Assembly (NCBI RefSeq): GCF_036971445.1
Contig: NC_091478.1
Coordinates: 23,250,001-23,314,000, forward strand
Source of the DNA: Narcine bancroftii
Taxonomy: Eukaryota
Direction of reading: 5' to 3'
DNA length: 64,000 nucleotides
The translations under genes were made by a program, and so were the position numbers. The notes under the pieces are model-generated. The model worked only from the letters and a program-made list of their open reading frames with translations. It made no database searches and was not told the DNA's origin. Of the stretch, positions 45,101 through 55,196 are shown in pieces. Position 1 is the first letter of the stretch; every line of letters begins with the position of its first letter.

Positions 45101-48100
45101 CATACATGATATCACATATAACCCTGAGATTATTTTTCTGCAGGCCAGGCAACAAAACACACTTAAGAAAGAATGTTAGACATTCTGTGCCAATGCAGAT
45201 GTAGGTATAAATACACAGTATGAAATAATAAATAAAGTATGACATCTTAAATGAGTCTCTGTATGAATCTGTTGTTCAGGAGTCTGATAGTTGAGGGGTT
45301 GCAAGTATTCCTGAATCTGGTGGTTTGGATCCTGTGCCACCTGTACCTCCTTCCTGATGACAGCAGCGAGAACAGAGCACGTTCTAGGTGGTGCGAATAC
45401 TTGATATTTTTCAACTGCTGAGAGGGAGCTTCCCTGCTGCTCAATTGAATTATGACAAGGTTTAACATCTAATCCTTGTCTGATAATTTGGTCATTCTCT
45501 GTCTTCTCTCTCCTTTAAAAGGTTGTGTTTCCATTGCCTATCTCCAATCCATGGGAACAGTTTCAAAATCTGCAGAATCTTGGGATTTAGTCAAGTCTGT
45601 TAAATTCTAGTCCTCCAGCCCATTAAGCCTACGCTCACTATTAGAACACCCCCATCACTCCCATTTTTTCCCCTAACGTTTATTTTGTCTTGCACGTTCA
45701 TCAACATCCTCCCACTTGCTCAATGGGAAATTGACAGTAGTGGATTAACCTTTGGGATGTGGGAAAGGAAACCGGAGGAGCCAGGCATGTGCAGCAGATA
45801 AATTTGATGCTGTTAGCACCTGGGGTCAGGATCAAACCTGGCTTTATTGGAGCTAAGCTATTGTGTTGCTCTGTCAAGTCGATCTCCATCAGAAATGTGA
45901 ATGCAATAATAACTTCAGCTTTTCGTACAGTTGGTGTGAAACTATAATTTTACAGCTCGATGGATGAGGCAGGAGGGGCAGGGTGTGTTCTTAATGATAC
46001 GTCCTTTGTGTTTATGAACTGTTGGCTATAATGATTACACATGCATAAACGCATGCTTAGTTTCCTGCTTGCCTATCAGGCATCTGCATCTTTGTCTGGG
46101 TTAAGTGGCAATGTTTCCTCAACATCTGGCTGAGGTTTCTTCCCTCAGCTGGTAATGTAATGCAGATAAGAAACCAAACCACTAAAGACTTTGTTGTTAT
46201 AAGATAGCACTGTCACTTTCGCCAGCAATTGTTGGTTGTGAAATTGAGAATGGGAGCATGGTATCATGTCTTCTACCCTATATAAGTAAAAGTGGGAATG
46301 AAACTTTAAATCTAAATAGCTAGACTAAGGTCGGAATGTAGGATTGCCTAAAGAAACACTGGAAAATAACAAATTATTTTAATTCTTTGAATTCTGTGCT
46401 TTTTTTTCATTGGTAAAGTAGGTTGATTTTTTTAAAACTCTGTGATGAGGATTGTTGAAGTTTCTGTGATGCAACTTTAAATGCAAGCAGAGCAACCTAA
46501 TGCTTTCTGACATGCACACTGCATTTTACACTTAGACATACAGAACAGTAGCAAGCCCTTCGGCCCATGAGCCCATGCTACCCAATTACATCAATCAACC
46601 TACAATCCCCGAATGTCTTTGTAAGTGGGCGGAAAACAGACTGCCCAGACAAAATCCACGCAACTGTACAGACAGCGGCAGATTTAAACCCGGGTCTCTG
46701 GTGCTATAACAACATCGTCCTTATCATTATGCAAACTGTACCACCCTTGCATAATTCAATAATGCATCAAATGCAAGTGGATAAAAACGTTGCATCGAAT
46801 CCAAGCTTGATTTCCTAAATCTGCACCAAATCCATGAAGGATACGTTGCAGGTTTTAACTGGAATGTTGTAAAGTTAGGGAGAAGGCAGCGCCATTTACT
46901 GGTTGGCCTTCTCGTCCAGATTTGTTGTTTTAAGTTATTTTTTAACCACAATGAAAGTTCCTTGCTGTCCATGCCAGAGCAGATAAGGAAACTTGTTGAT
47001 GGCCATCCAGAAAGGAACAAGCATCTGGTGGCCCATTAGATTGATGTTCTCTTGCACATGAGGAAAAGAAGGTCACCTCACAAATGGCTTTATCATCATC
47101 TTCTTAATAGTGTGCTTCAAGCCTTTAATTTGTGACAGAATGTCCCAGACACATTTGGCCTTCTCGCATGGTCTGCAGCTGGTGAGAGGCTTACTGTGAG
47201 TGCTTTAATATTCTATGTCTGTCAGCAACTACAACAGCAACAATTAGTGTGTTGGATCCACCTCCGAGATGGTGACTCCCAGGAATTTAAGTTTGCTCAC
47301 ACATTAGGGTTAGGGTTTGCTCACCTGCTTCTCCTTTGATTGTCCCCAATGATAACTGGGTCACACACCTCTGGTTTGTTCTTGTCAGTTGAACAGAATA
47401 CTGTGATATGAAATTTAGTGGGGAGAAATGTGTGGTAATGAGTTTGTGGAGGTGAAACAAGAGGATTACAACAAGGTATTGGTTAACTGAGAAGATATCG
47501 AATAGCAGAGAAGCACAGGGAAAAATAAGAGAACATTTCTATTGCTCCTAAAAGGTGGACAAGTCAAGTGATTAGAAAGGTACTGAGGATAGAGACACAT
47601 GAGACTGCAGTGAAGTAACAATCTGCATGACGAATAGTGGGTCGAACAGCATCAGTGAGACCCTTCATCAAGATTGATTGTGAAGAGAGGAGGTGGTTGG
47701 TATAAGTTGAGGATGGGAAGAATGAAATGGGCCAGTGAAAGATTGGTGAACCTCTGTCTCTCCCTGCCCCAAACCAACCTCCTTATACCAGCTGCCTTCA
47801 CTCTCACAAACAGCTTTGGTGATAGTTTTTGACTTGAAACTTGACAATTCCTTCTTCCCCTCCAGGCATTTTACTCCGTAAACAAAAGCATATAACAGGT
47901 TAGATAGCAGAGTGAATACTGTGTACAGTTCTGGTCACAAAAAAAATGTGTGATTTTTGTGGAGAATGTACAGAGGAGGTTTTGGGACATGTTAAGAGAA
48001 ATGGGAAATTTTATCTGTAAGAAGAGATAGGATTTATAAAGAACAGAGGGGTGACTAAATCAAGATGCATACAATTAAGAGGTTTTACATAGCATGAATA

Positions 48101-49236
48101 GGAAAGACCTATTTGCCCTAGCAGAGAGATTGAAAACCAAGACGCATAGATGAAGGATGGATTAGAGGGGAGGTGAGGATTTTTTTTCTAGGCAGATATT
48201 AATAGGGATTTTGGAATTCACTGGCTGAAAGGCTGTTAGAAGCAGAACTCCTCATCTCACTTTGATAGTTCTTGGATATGTTTTTAATACTCACAAAAAG
48301 GGATCCGCATGTGTAGCTCTTTTTCATCTGGCAGGTTTTTAATCTGAAAACCTGAAAGTCATACAATTATCTTGTAAAAATGGCCATTTGGCACAACTCA
48401 CCCACGGGGACACTCTCTGTACTCGTCCCATCTCCGAGCACTTGGCCAATAGTCTTCTGTGCCTAAGCACATTCCAGAACCTTACCATTCTCCTCTTGTA
48501 TCTCCTCTAAATCTCTCCCGCATTCCCCAAAATATCTGTCCTCTAGTTTTATCAAGATCTGATATGGTGCCTTCATCTTATTCTTCATGTAGTGTTTCCA
48601 TCATCTTCAATTTTTTGCAGGAAACTATGTGGTCCATCATTCCAGTTCCCAGCAGAGCATTTTTTCCATTCACCCTCTCGTTACCCTGAACCCCTGTATT
48701 CTGTTCTCTCTCATATTACCCCTTTTGATTCTTTTTCTACTTATCCAAATGAATGGGTGATTTCCAGAAGCCAATTAGTCAACCAAGATATCTTTGAGCT
48801 GTGGGGGGAAAACAGAGACCCCGAGGGAAAGCTACACAGCCAGACACAGAATGTGCAAACACCACACAGATTGCATCAGAGATCAGGTCAGGATTAAACC
48901 TGAGTCCCTGGGGCTGTGAGATGTTTTAGATTTCCACCATCTCCAGGATGTTGTCCTTGCAGAACATTATCTTTGTTACTGGACATTAAAAAATATTGTT
49001 CAAACATGAAACAAGCACTTCATTCAAGATTTATTTAATCATCTCTACAATGAATGAAGTAAAATTAAATTGAAGTGGGGAGCAAGGATGGTGTTATTTG
49101 TGGTACTATTGATGGTTACTGTAAAAGCACAGTACCAGATTAAACATAAATGTTTTTAAATCTCTTAATTAAATGTTTCAACAGCGTTGAACTTTCTACA
49201 AACCTTCAGGACCAGCTGAAGCATCTCTTAAAGTGA
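35949..49236 (+). CDS. BORCS7: BLOC-1-related complex subunit 7, whole spliced gene, 5 coding exons, 103 aa
   Basis: join 35949-36080, 41422-41484, 42249-42292, 44670-44690, 49185-49236 = 312 nt: MAAIEPPARFGQSVKGLLSEKVSTCTTDVIALTKQILKGSRSSELLGQAARNMVMQEDSILHSEDSLRKMSIITTHLQYQQEAIQKNVELSTNLQDQLKHLLK*. Closely matches recalled vertebrate BORCS7. Confidence 0.96.
37740..38935 (-). mobile_element. Gypsy integrase relic in BORCS7 intron 1
   Basis: LCHPGVTRL...CVVCAECKP (zinc finger), FSCFPFAIPC, FGYPDFIHSDR, EALHSIFSLLSTATNESPH. Confidence 0.85.
39420..39700 (-). mobile_element. RTE-like LINE 3' fragment
   Basis: Degenerate C-terminal region (CNIPTDFWQPL..., zinc-finger-like remnant) resembling the end of the RTE at 57000-58060. 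Confidence 0.45.
40000..40770. mobile_element. Non-autonomous DNA transposon (Tc2/Tigger-like ends) carrying a minisatellite
   Basis: Degenerate TIRs ctgtatatagttatgtaatagtcga ... tcaacgattacacaaatatatatggta. Confidence 0.55.
40160..40640. repeat. GC-rich minisatellite, degenerate ~25-50 bp units
   Basis: Repeated cccac(t/c)ggagctcc(t/c)(g/a)atgccc core, about 10 copies. Confidence 0.85.
41422..41484 (+). CDS. BORCS7: BORCS7 exon 2
   Basis: 63 nt LLGQAARNMVMQEDSILHSED; ttgcag / gtaagt. Confidence 0.96.
42249..42292 (+). CDS. BORCS7: BORCS7 exon 3
   Basis: 44 nt SLRKMSIITTHLQY(Q); gggcag / gtaagt. Confidence 0.95.
42830..43550 (+). mobile_element. CR1 ORF1 relic (esterase-type) with a nested TSD-flanked poly(A) insert at 43200-43310
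   Basis: Degenerate IPLTNMYTV..TVEGDDL and VLIGASLVRGTGRRFCGRDRNSSMVCC. AGGTGAGGGAAAGGGAA is duplicated at 43183-43199 and 43311-43327. Confidence 0.7.
44670..44690 (+). CDS. BORCS7: BORCS7 exon 4 (21-nt microexon)
   Basis: (Q)QEAIQK(N); long polypyrimidine tract plus tag, donor gtaagt; fills the exact gap in the protein. Confidence 0.93.
49185..49236 (+). CDS. BORCS7: BORCS7 exon 5 (stop)
   Basis: caacag, then (N)VELSTNLQDQLKHLLK*. Confidence 0.95.
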
Positions 49237-49844
49237 ACTGGAAAATGGCAAGATTATTACTTCCAGGAGAAGAATCCTTGCATCGAATTTAGGGGTGGGT
49301 GGGAGGAGCGTGTTGTCTGTGCTCACAATACAGCAAGGATCATGAATGTTAACACCTCTTCATTAAGCCCCTCTTCACAATGCCCTCCAGAACCTTCCTA
49401 GGTGTGCTGTTTGATAACAAACACACAGTAGTTTCTGTCCTTGAGAAACACACAACGTTGCCATTGGACGTTGAAAAGTTGCGCTGTTGAATTGGGAAGC
49501 AGTAATATTGTTGATGTGTATCATTGCTTCGCTGGTTGGGTGTTTGGCAGAAAAGATTGTGTTGTAATGTGGAGGGTGATTTGTCAAACATTTGTGGTTT
49601 ATAATAACCTTCACATTTGTATTTATTAGTACAAGATCCTCTGTTATCTTCAATAGCTGAATCCATTTTCATTGGTCATAATTGACTGTTGTATTCTAAG
49701 TTCATTAGTCTAGTTTCCATTGACCCATCTGACAGCCTGGAATAATACTGTGTCCCAGCAATACATACTTAGCCATGCATCAATGCTATAAAGTTAACAC
49801 ATAAGGAGAATTATAGTTGTTTAACTGAAAAGGTTAAAAATTGC

Positions 49845-49866
49845 ATTAAATATTTATTGGAATAAA
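49845..49866 (+). terminator. Candidate BORCS7 polyadenylation signals
   Basis: ATTAAA at 49845-49850 and AATAAA at 49861-49866, ~620 nt after the stop, with GT-rich sequence downstream. Confidence 0.55.
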
Positions 49867-50924
49867 TCCTAATGCATTATTGTAAAAGAGGGTTCCTCGT
49901 TCATTAGAATCATGTGTGTGAAACTCTACAATGTTCTGAGCTCTGTCAAGGGAACGAGATCTAAAGAGGTACACAAAGTCTTCTTGATAAAAATGCAACA
50001 ATCCTTCTGGCTTTGTGGATGCCTTGTCCTAAGATGGCACAAGATGGAGAAGGAGTATTTGTGACAGCACTGGAAAAGTCACCATGCATCAGGAGCATAA
50101 TGGAAGTTGAGGAGGGAGCTCATCGCACAGCATAACTTGCTCAGCAGCCGTCACTGAGGCGGAGTCTGACCTTTCCATGCAGTCTTCATTGGTCACCTCA
50201 GGATCGGACATGAAGCAACTTATCCTCGATGCAAGAAGACTGACAGAGTAACGTGTCACAGCTTCTGGTATTTTCTTTTTCTTACAAACTACTATTTTGG
50301 CAAAATTATGGTTTATTTTTCATAGAGGGAGAAGCTTTGTAAAGGGTACAGAAGAGATTTTCCAGTTTGTTTCCCAGCTGTAAGGAGAGGTTGGACAAAC
50401 TTGGGTTGTTTTCTCTGGAATGTCGGGGGCTGAGGGGAGAAGTTTACAAAATGATGAGAGGCAGAGATAGTGTAGACATTTTTCTCAGGGTAAAAATGTC
50501 GCATCTTAGAGGACATGTTTAGGTGGAAGGAAGAGGAGGAGGGATGGAGTTTGAAGGAGATGTGCAGGGCTAGATTTTTACACAGAGTGGCAGGTGCCTG
50601 GAACGGAATAGTGGTGGAAGCAGATCTGATAGTGTTTCACAGGTTTCAAGATAGAGGTGAATATGCAGGGAATAGATGCAGATCATGTCCAGCAGCAGAG
50701 ATTTAATTAAATTTGGAATTGTGTTTGGTGCAGACCTCATGGGGAGAAGGGCTTGTTTCTGCTCTGTACTGTTCTGTCGTCTTTCTTCAAAGAAGCTTTT
50801 CAACAACTGCACCTCTTTCATTGTTGCCTTCTGCATGTAGGCCTTCATTTGTTGACAAGTCCTTGCATTAGATGATTTTGGGCAGACCAAAGTGTGCTGA
50901 GCTAATAATATTCCAGCAAGGGAT

Positions 50925-51810
50925 GAATCAGTAAGTTTACTGCTGATATGAAGGTTGCAGGAGTTGTGGATAGTGTTGACGGTTACAGCAAGATATAGAC
51001 AGGATGAAGAATTGGGCACAAAAGTGGCAGATGGAGTTCAATCTGGATAAATATGAGGCGATGCATTCTGGAAAGTTGAACTTGAAGGAAGAGTACATGG
51101 TTCATGGCAGAATACTTAACAGTGTGGAAGAACAGAGGGACCTTGGGGTCCAAATCCACCCATCTCTCAAGGTTGATAGGATAGTTAAGAAGGCCTATGG
51201 TACATTGGGCTTCATTAGTTTGGGAATAAAGTTTAGCAGTCGTGAGGTGTTGTAGCTCGATAAATGTCTGGTGAAATGACACTTAGAATATTGTGTTTCG
51301 TTCTGGTCAACTCAATATAGGAAGGATGTGGAAACTGGAGAGAGTACAGATGAAATTTACCAGGATGTGGCCTGGATTGGAAAACAAATCTTAGCAGAGC
51401 TGGGACTTTTTTCTTTGGTGCAAAGAAGGATGAGAGGTGACTTAATAGAGGTCTACAAGATTCTGAGAGGCATAGATAAGGTAGATGGATGCCCAACACC
51501 TTTTTCCTAGATCAGGAGTAGCAAACACCATAGAACATCTATACAAAGTGAAGGGAGGAAGGCTTAGGGGAGACAACAGGGGGTAAGTTTTTTTTACACA
51601 GAGAGTTGTGGGTGCTGAGAATGCATATCCAGGGGTATTGGTGGAAGATGGAACAATAGGGCCAGTTAAGAGGCTCTTAGACAGGCACACGGATGAAAGA
51701 AAAATAGGCGGTTGTGAGGTAGAGAAGGTTTAAATATTCTTCAGCTGGATATATGGGTCAGTGCCATATTGTGGGCTGAAGGGCCTGTACTGTGCTATTA
51801 TGTTCTAATG
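50925..51810 (+). mobile_element. CR1-like LINE 3' portion (a further fragment at ~50320-50780)
   Basis: WAQKWQMEFNLDK...EQRDLGVQIH..LKV; LGLFSLVQRRMRGDLIEVYKILRGIDKV. Confidence 0.85.
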
Positions 51811-53262
51811 GTGTTAGGTGAGTATTTCTGGGAATATACTGCAGTTCAGAGAATTGAACTGTATGGAATGAATCTCAACAAAGACTGCTGCATCTCATTC
51901 CAAACCTCTTAGACAAATTCACGTTCCAGATGGAACACTCCTCACCAAAGACACAATGCAGGTAGTATAGGGAAATGTTGAGGCTTCTGCTGTGCTTGCA
52001 AGATGTCTCTCAGTCCAGTCACTTGTTAGGATCTAGGCATTGATAGTGGTGAGTCAACATCTGAGGTCAATGAGCCTTCATGAGAATAGAGAAAGTTAAA
52101 AGGAATGGTGTGATTTAAGTGCAGTGAGAGTGAGGGGTGGATAGAGTAGAGGAAATATCTTTGATAGGTGGAGATCAAGGTTGTTCACGTATCATTTACT
52201 GGTGGTTCCAGCAATTAGTGCATGGAACAGGTCCTTCAGCTTAACTCATCCATGCTGGTCAAATGATAGCTGAGGAAGTCCCATTTTCCAGCATTTGGTC
52301 CATATCCTTCCAATCCATATATCCATCCAAATATCTTTTGAATGTTCAAATTGTACCTGTTTCCATAGCTTCTTCTGGTAGCTTGTCCTAGATATAGATC
52401 TCCCTCTGAGTTTAAAAAAAAGTAACCTCTCAGGACCCTCTTAAATCTCTCCCCTCTTTCTTTAAATGTATGCCCTGAGTTATGAATTCATCTACTCTGG
52501 GGGGGGGGGGGGGGGGAGAACATTTTATCCATACCCCTCATGATTTTATGCACCCCTGGTAAGGTCGATAAAGCTCTCTAAGATAATTTGAGAGAAAATA
52601 AATAAAAGAACATCAAGAACTGTGAGAAGATGGTCTGTGGCTCTGGCTGGAAATCTGAAACTAAAGTAAATGTTGGAAATGGATTTCAGATTTATTGTTG
52701 GAGTACATACATGACATCACATACAACTCTCGAGATTCCTTTTTCCTGTGGGTGCGGCAGAATTACCACTAATCAGTAGAGCAAAGATTAACTGAACACA
52801 GTGTAAACAAATAAAAGAACTGTAAATGGATAACAAATGTAAACAAAATGAACAAAAAGAAAATCAATAAGGTGCACAAGAAATGACATCTCTGATTGAG
52901 TTTGTCATTGAGGAGTCTGATGGTGGAGGGATAGCAGCTGTTCCTGAGCCTGGTGGTACGAGTCTTGTGGCACCTACACCTCTTTCTTGATGGCGACAGT
53001 GAGAACAGAGCATGCGCTGGGTGGTGACGGTTTTTGATGATTGCTGCTGCCCTCCAACAGCAGTGTTCCCTGCAGATGCACTCAATAGTGGGGAGGGTTT
53101 TGCTGTGATGTCTTGGGCTGTGTCCACTATCTTTTGGAGGGCTTTACACTCAGGGGTATTGGTGTTCCCATTTCCAGACCATGACGCAGCTGGTCAGCAC
53201 ACTTTCCACCACTCCTCTGCCAGGGTTTCTGGTATCACACCAAGCTTCTGGAAACTCCTGAG

Positions 53263-53416
53263 GAAGTAGAGGCACTGGCATGATTTCTTCACGATGCCAT
53301 TGAAATGTTAGGTCCAGGAAAGATCCTTTGAGATGGTGAGAAGTAGAGGCGCTGACGTGCTTTCTTCACGATGCCATTGATATGTTAGGTCCAGGAAAGA
53401 TCCTTCAAGAAGGTGA
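53263..53416. repeat. 77-bp tandem duplication inside a Rex1-like fragment
   Basis: gaagtagaggc...tttcttcacgatgccattga.atgttaggtccaggaaagatcctt...ggtga occurs twice. Confidence 0.85.
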
Positions 53417-53660
53417 CTCCCAAGAACTTAAATTTGCTGACCCTCTCCACCTCTGATCCCACAATGATCACCAGCCTATCATACAGCATCAGTGGAGAGA
53501 GAAAAACTGAATTATTGTTACATAAGAGCTTGCTACTCTTGACACAAACAAGAAAAGCTGGCTATCTGAAATAATTAAAATTAATACTATTTTCATGAGA
53601 TAGTTAAGTTTGATGTTATTTACCTATATTTCTGATAACGTATTCTTGAAATGTGTTACA

Positions 53661-54148
53661 CAGTGTAACTCCCAGAGGTCGGATAGTGAATTTGCCAGTT
53701 GTTTGAGATTGTGTGTTGCGTGATTGGCGAACTGACCACTGTGACACCAATATTAAACTTTCTTATATTTTACCTATTTATTTTCCACGATTTTTTTTTG
53801 ACAATTGCTTGAGGCTGCTGGTTGCTTGAATTCCGGATAACAGGTTCAAGAGGTGTTCAGACAGACACTTTAATAGGCAAGGAAAATGCGATTAGTTCGC
53901 CTGGGCAAAAGATGTCAGCATTGATGGGCTGAAGGTCCTATTTCTATTGCTGTCCATCTCTAGGACTCTTTAATGCACTGCACAGGCAATAGCATGCACT
54001 GTGCACAACAGCACAAAGCATGGGGAATGACACACAGTTGGGGGATAGCAAAGGCGATTAACATATTTGTCCAGCTGCATTCAGGACACCAGTGACGTTG
54101 CTGTGGTGAACACATTTCATACCTTAGTGCTCTTCAAATTTCTTCTGA
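53661..54148 (-). pseudogene. Relic duplicate of CYP17A1-like exon 4 3' end plus ~450 bp of intron 4
   Basis: Collinear with ~20094-20563, including unique intronic sequence (taatgcactgcacagg, acaacagcacaaagcatgggga, ccagctgcat.caggacaccagtgacgttgctgtg.tgaacacatttca). Exon remnant CAG AAG AAA TTT GAA GAG CAC TAA G|gta carries a 1-nt insertion. Confidence 0.85.
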
Positions 54149-55196
54149 TTCTGATTTTACAGTAATTGGCCAGATTTTATGAAAGTCATAAAGTTATGAA
54201 AGTTTACCCTTTTCTTTCCATAAATGCAGCCTGACCTGCTAAATATTTCTGGTGTTCTCTCTTTTTGTTTAGGGAAGAACCATTTTCTTTCCCTTTGAAG
54301 CTCACTCCACTGATACTTGGAGTGGGAATACAACCTCAATATGAGAACAATTATATTTTCAATTGTAGAAACTGAATGAACAACAACTGCTTAAAACTAC
54401 ACCAATGTTGGCACCAGTCTGATGTTCCATTCAGTTCCTTGAACTTTGTTCTGCTTCACAACTCCTGTGCTTTGAAAACATTCCACTGAAGAGCCTTAAA
54501 AATTTATGTCCCTCTGTTGTTACCAAGAAAGATAAGTTCTATCACTCTCAGTATCAGCTGGTTGTAAACAGATTTGGAGACTGCAGGGATCTGGGGCAAA
54601 AAGCATTCTGGAGGAGACCCGCGCATGGAGCAGCATCAGTGGGAGGAAAAGAATGGTTGATGTTTCAGGTTGGAACTCTTGAATTAAAAAGCAGCTTGTC
54701 TTGGTGAAGAGTTAAGACCTGAAACTTCAACCATTTTATTTCTCCCACTGATGGTGAGTTCCTCCAGCAGGGTGTTTAATGTTCTTAAAACTCAAATGCT
54801 TTATGCTATAATTATTTTTATATTATATATTTGTTCATAGATAATCAAAAAGTATTAGACAGTAAATAGTCCCAGAGGAAGTGAATGCAATGTAAAACAG
54901 TTCTGCTACTGTTAAATTCCAAATCAGGGAATGGCACATTTTATTGGCATCAGATATGGACACTCAAAAGTTCATTGGGAGAGGCAGTTTATAGGTGATA
55001 AAGCTGATAACAAGTTTATTGTCATACACATAAGTACAATGTTCATTTGCAATGACCTTTTTTATCTTGCTGCAGGCAAACATAAGATACACTGATGATA
55101 ATACATTCAATGTGATCATGACTAATTGGATGGTAGGCTCATCTCCACTTAACTGTCTTTTCCCCATATCCCTTAATTCCCTAACTATGTAGAAAT

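Noticed and set aside
52499-52515. Poly-G run as a functional G-quadruplex element
   Set aside because: A homopolymer inside a decayed LINE fragment, and its length is prone to sequencing error.
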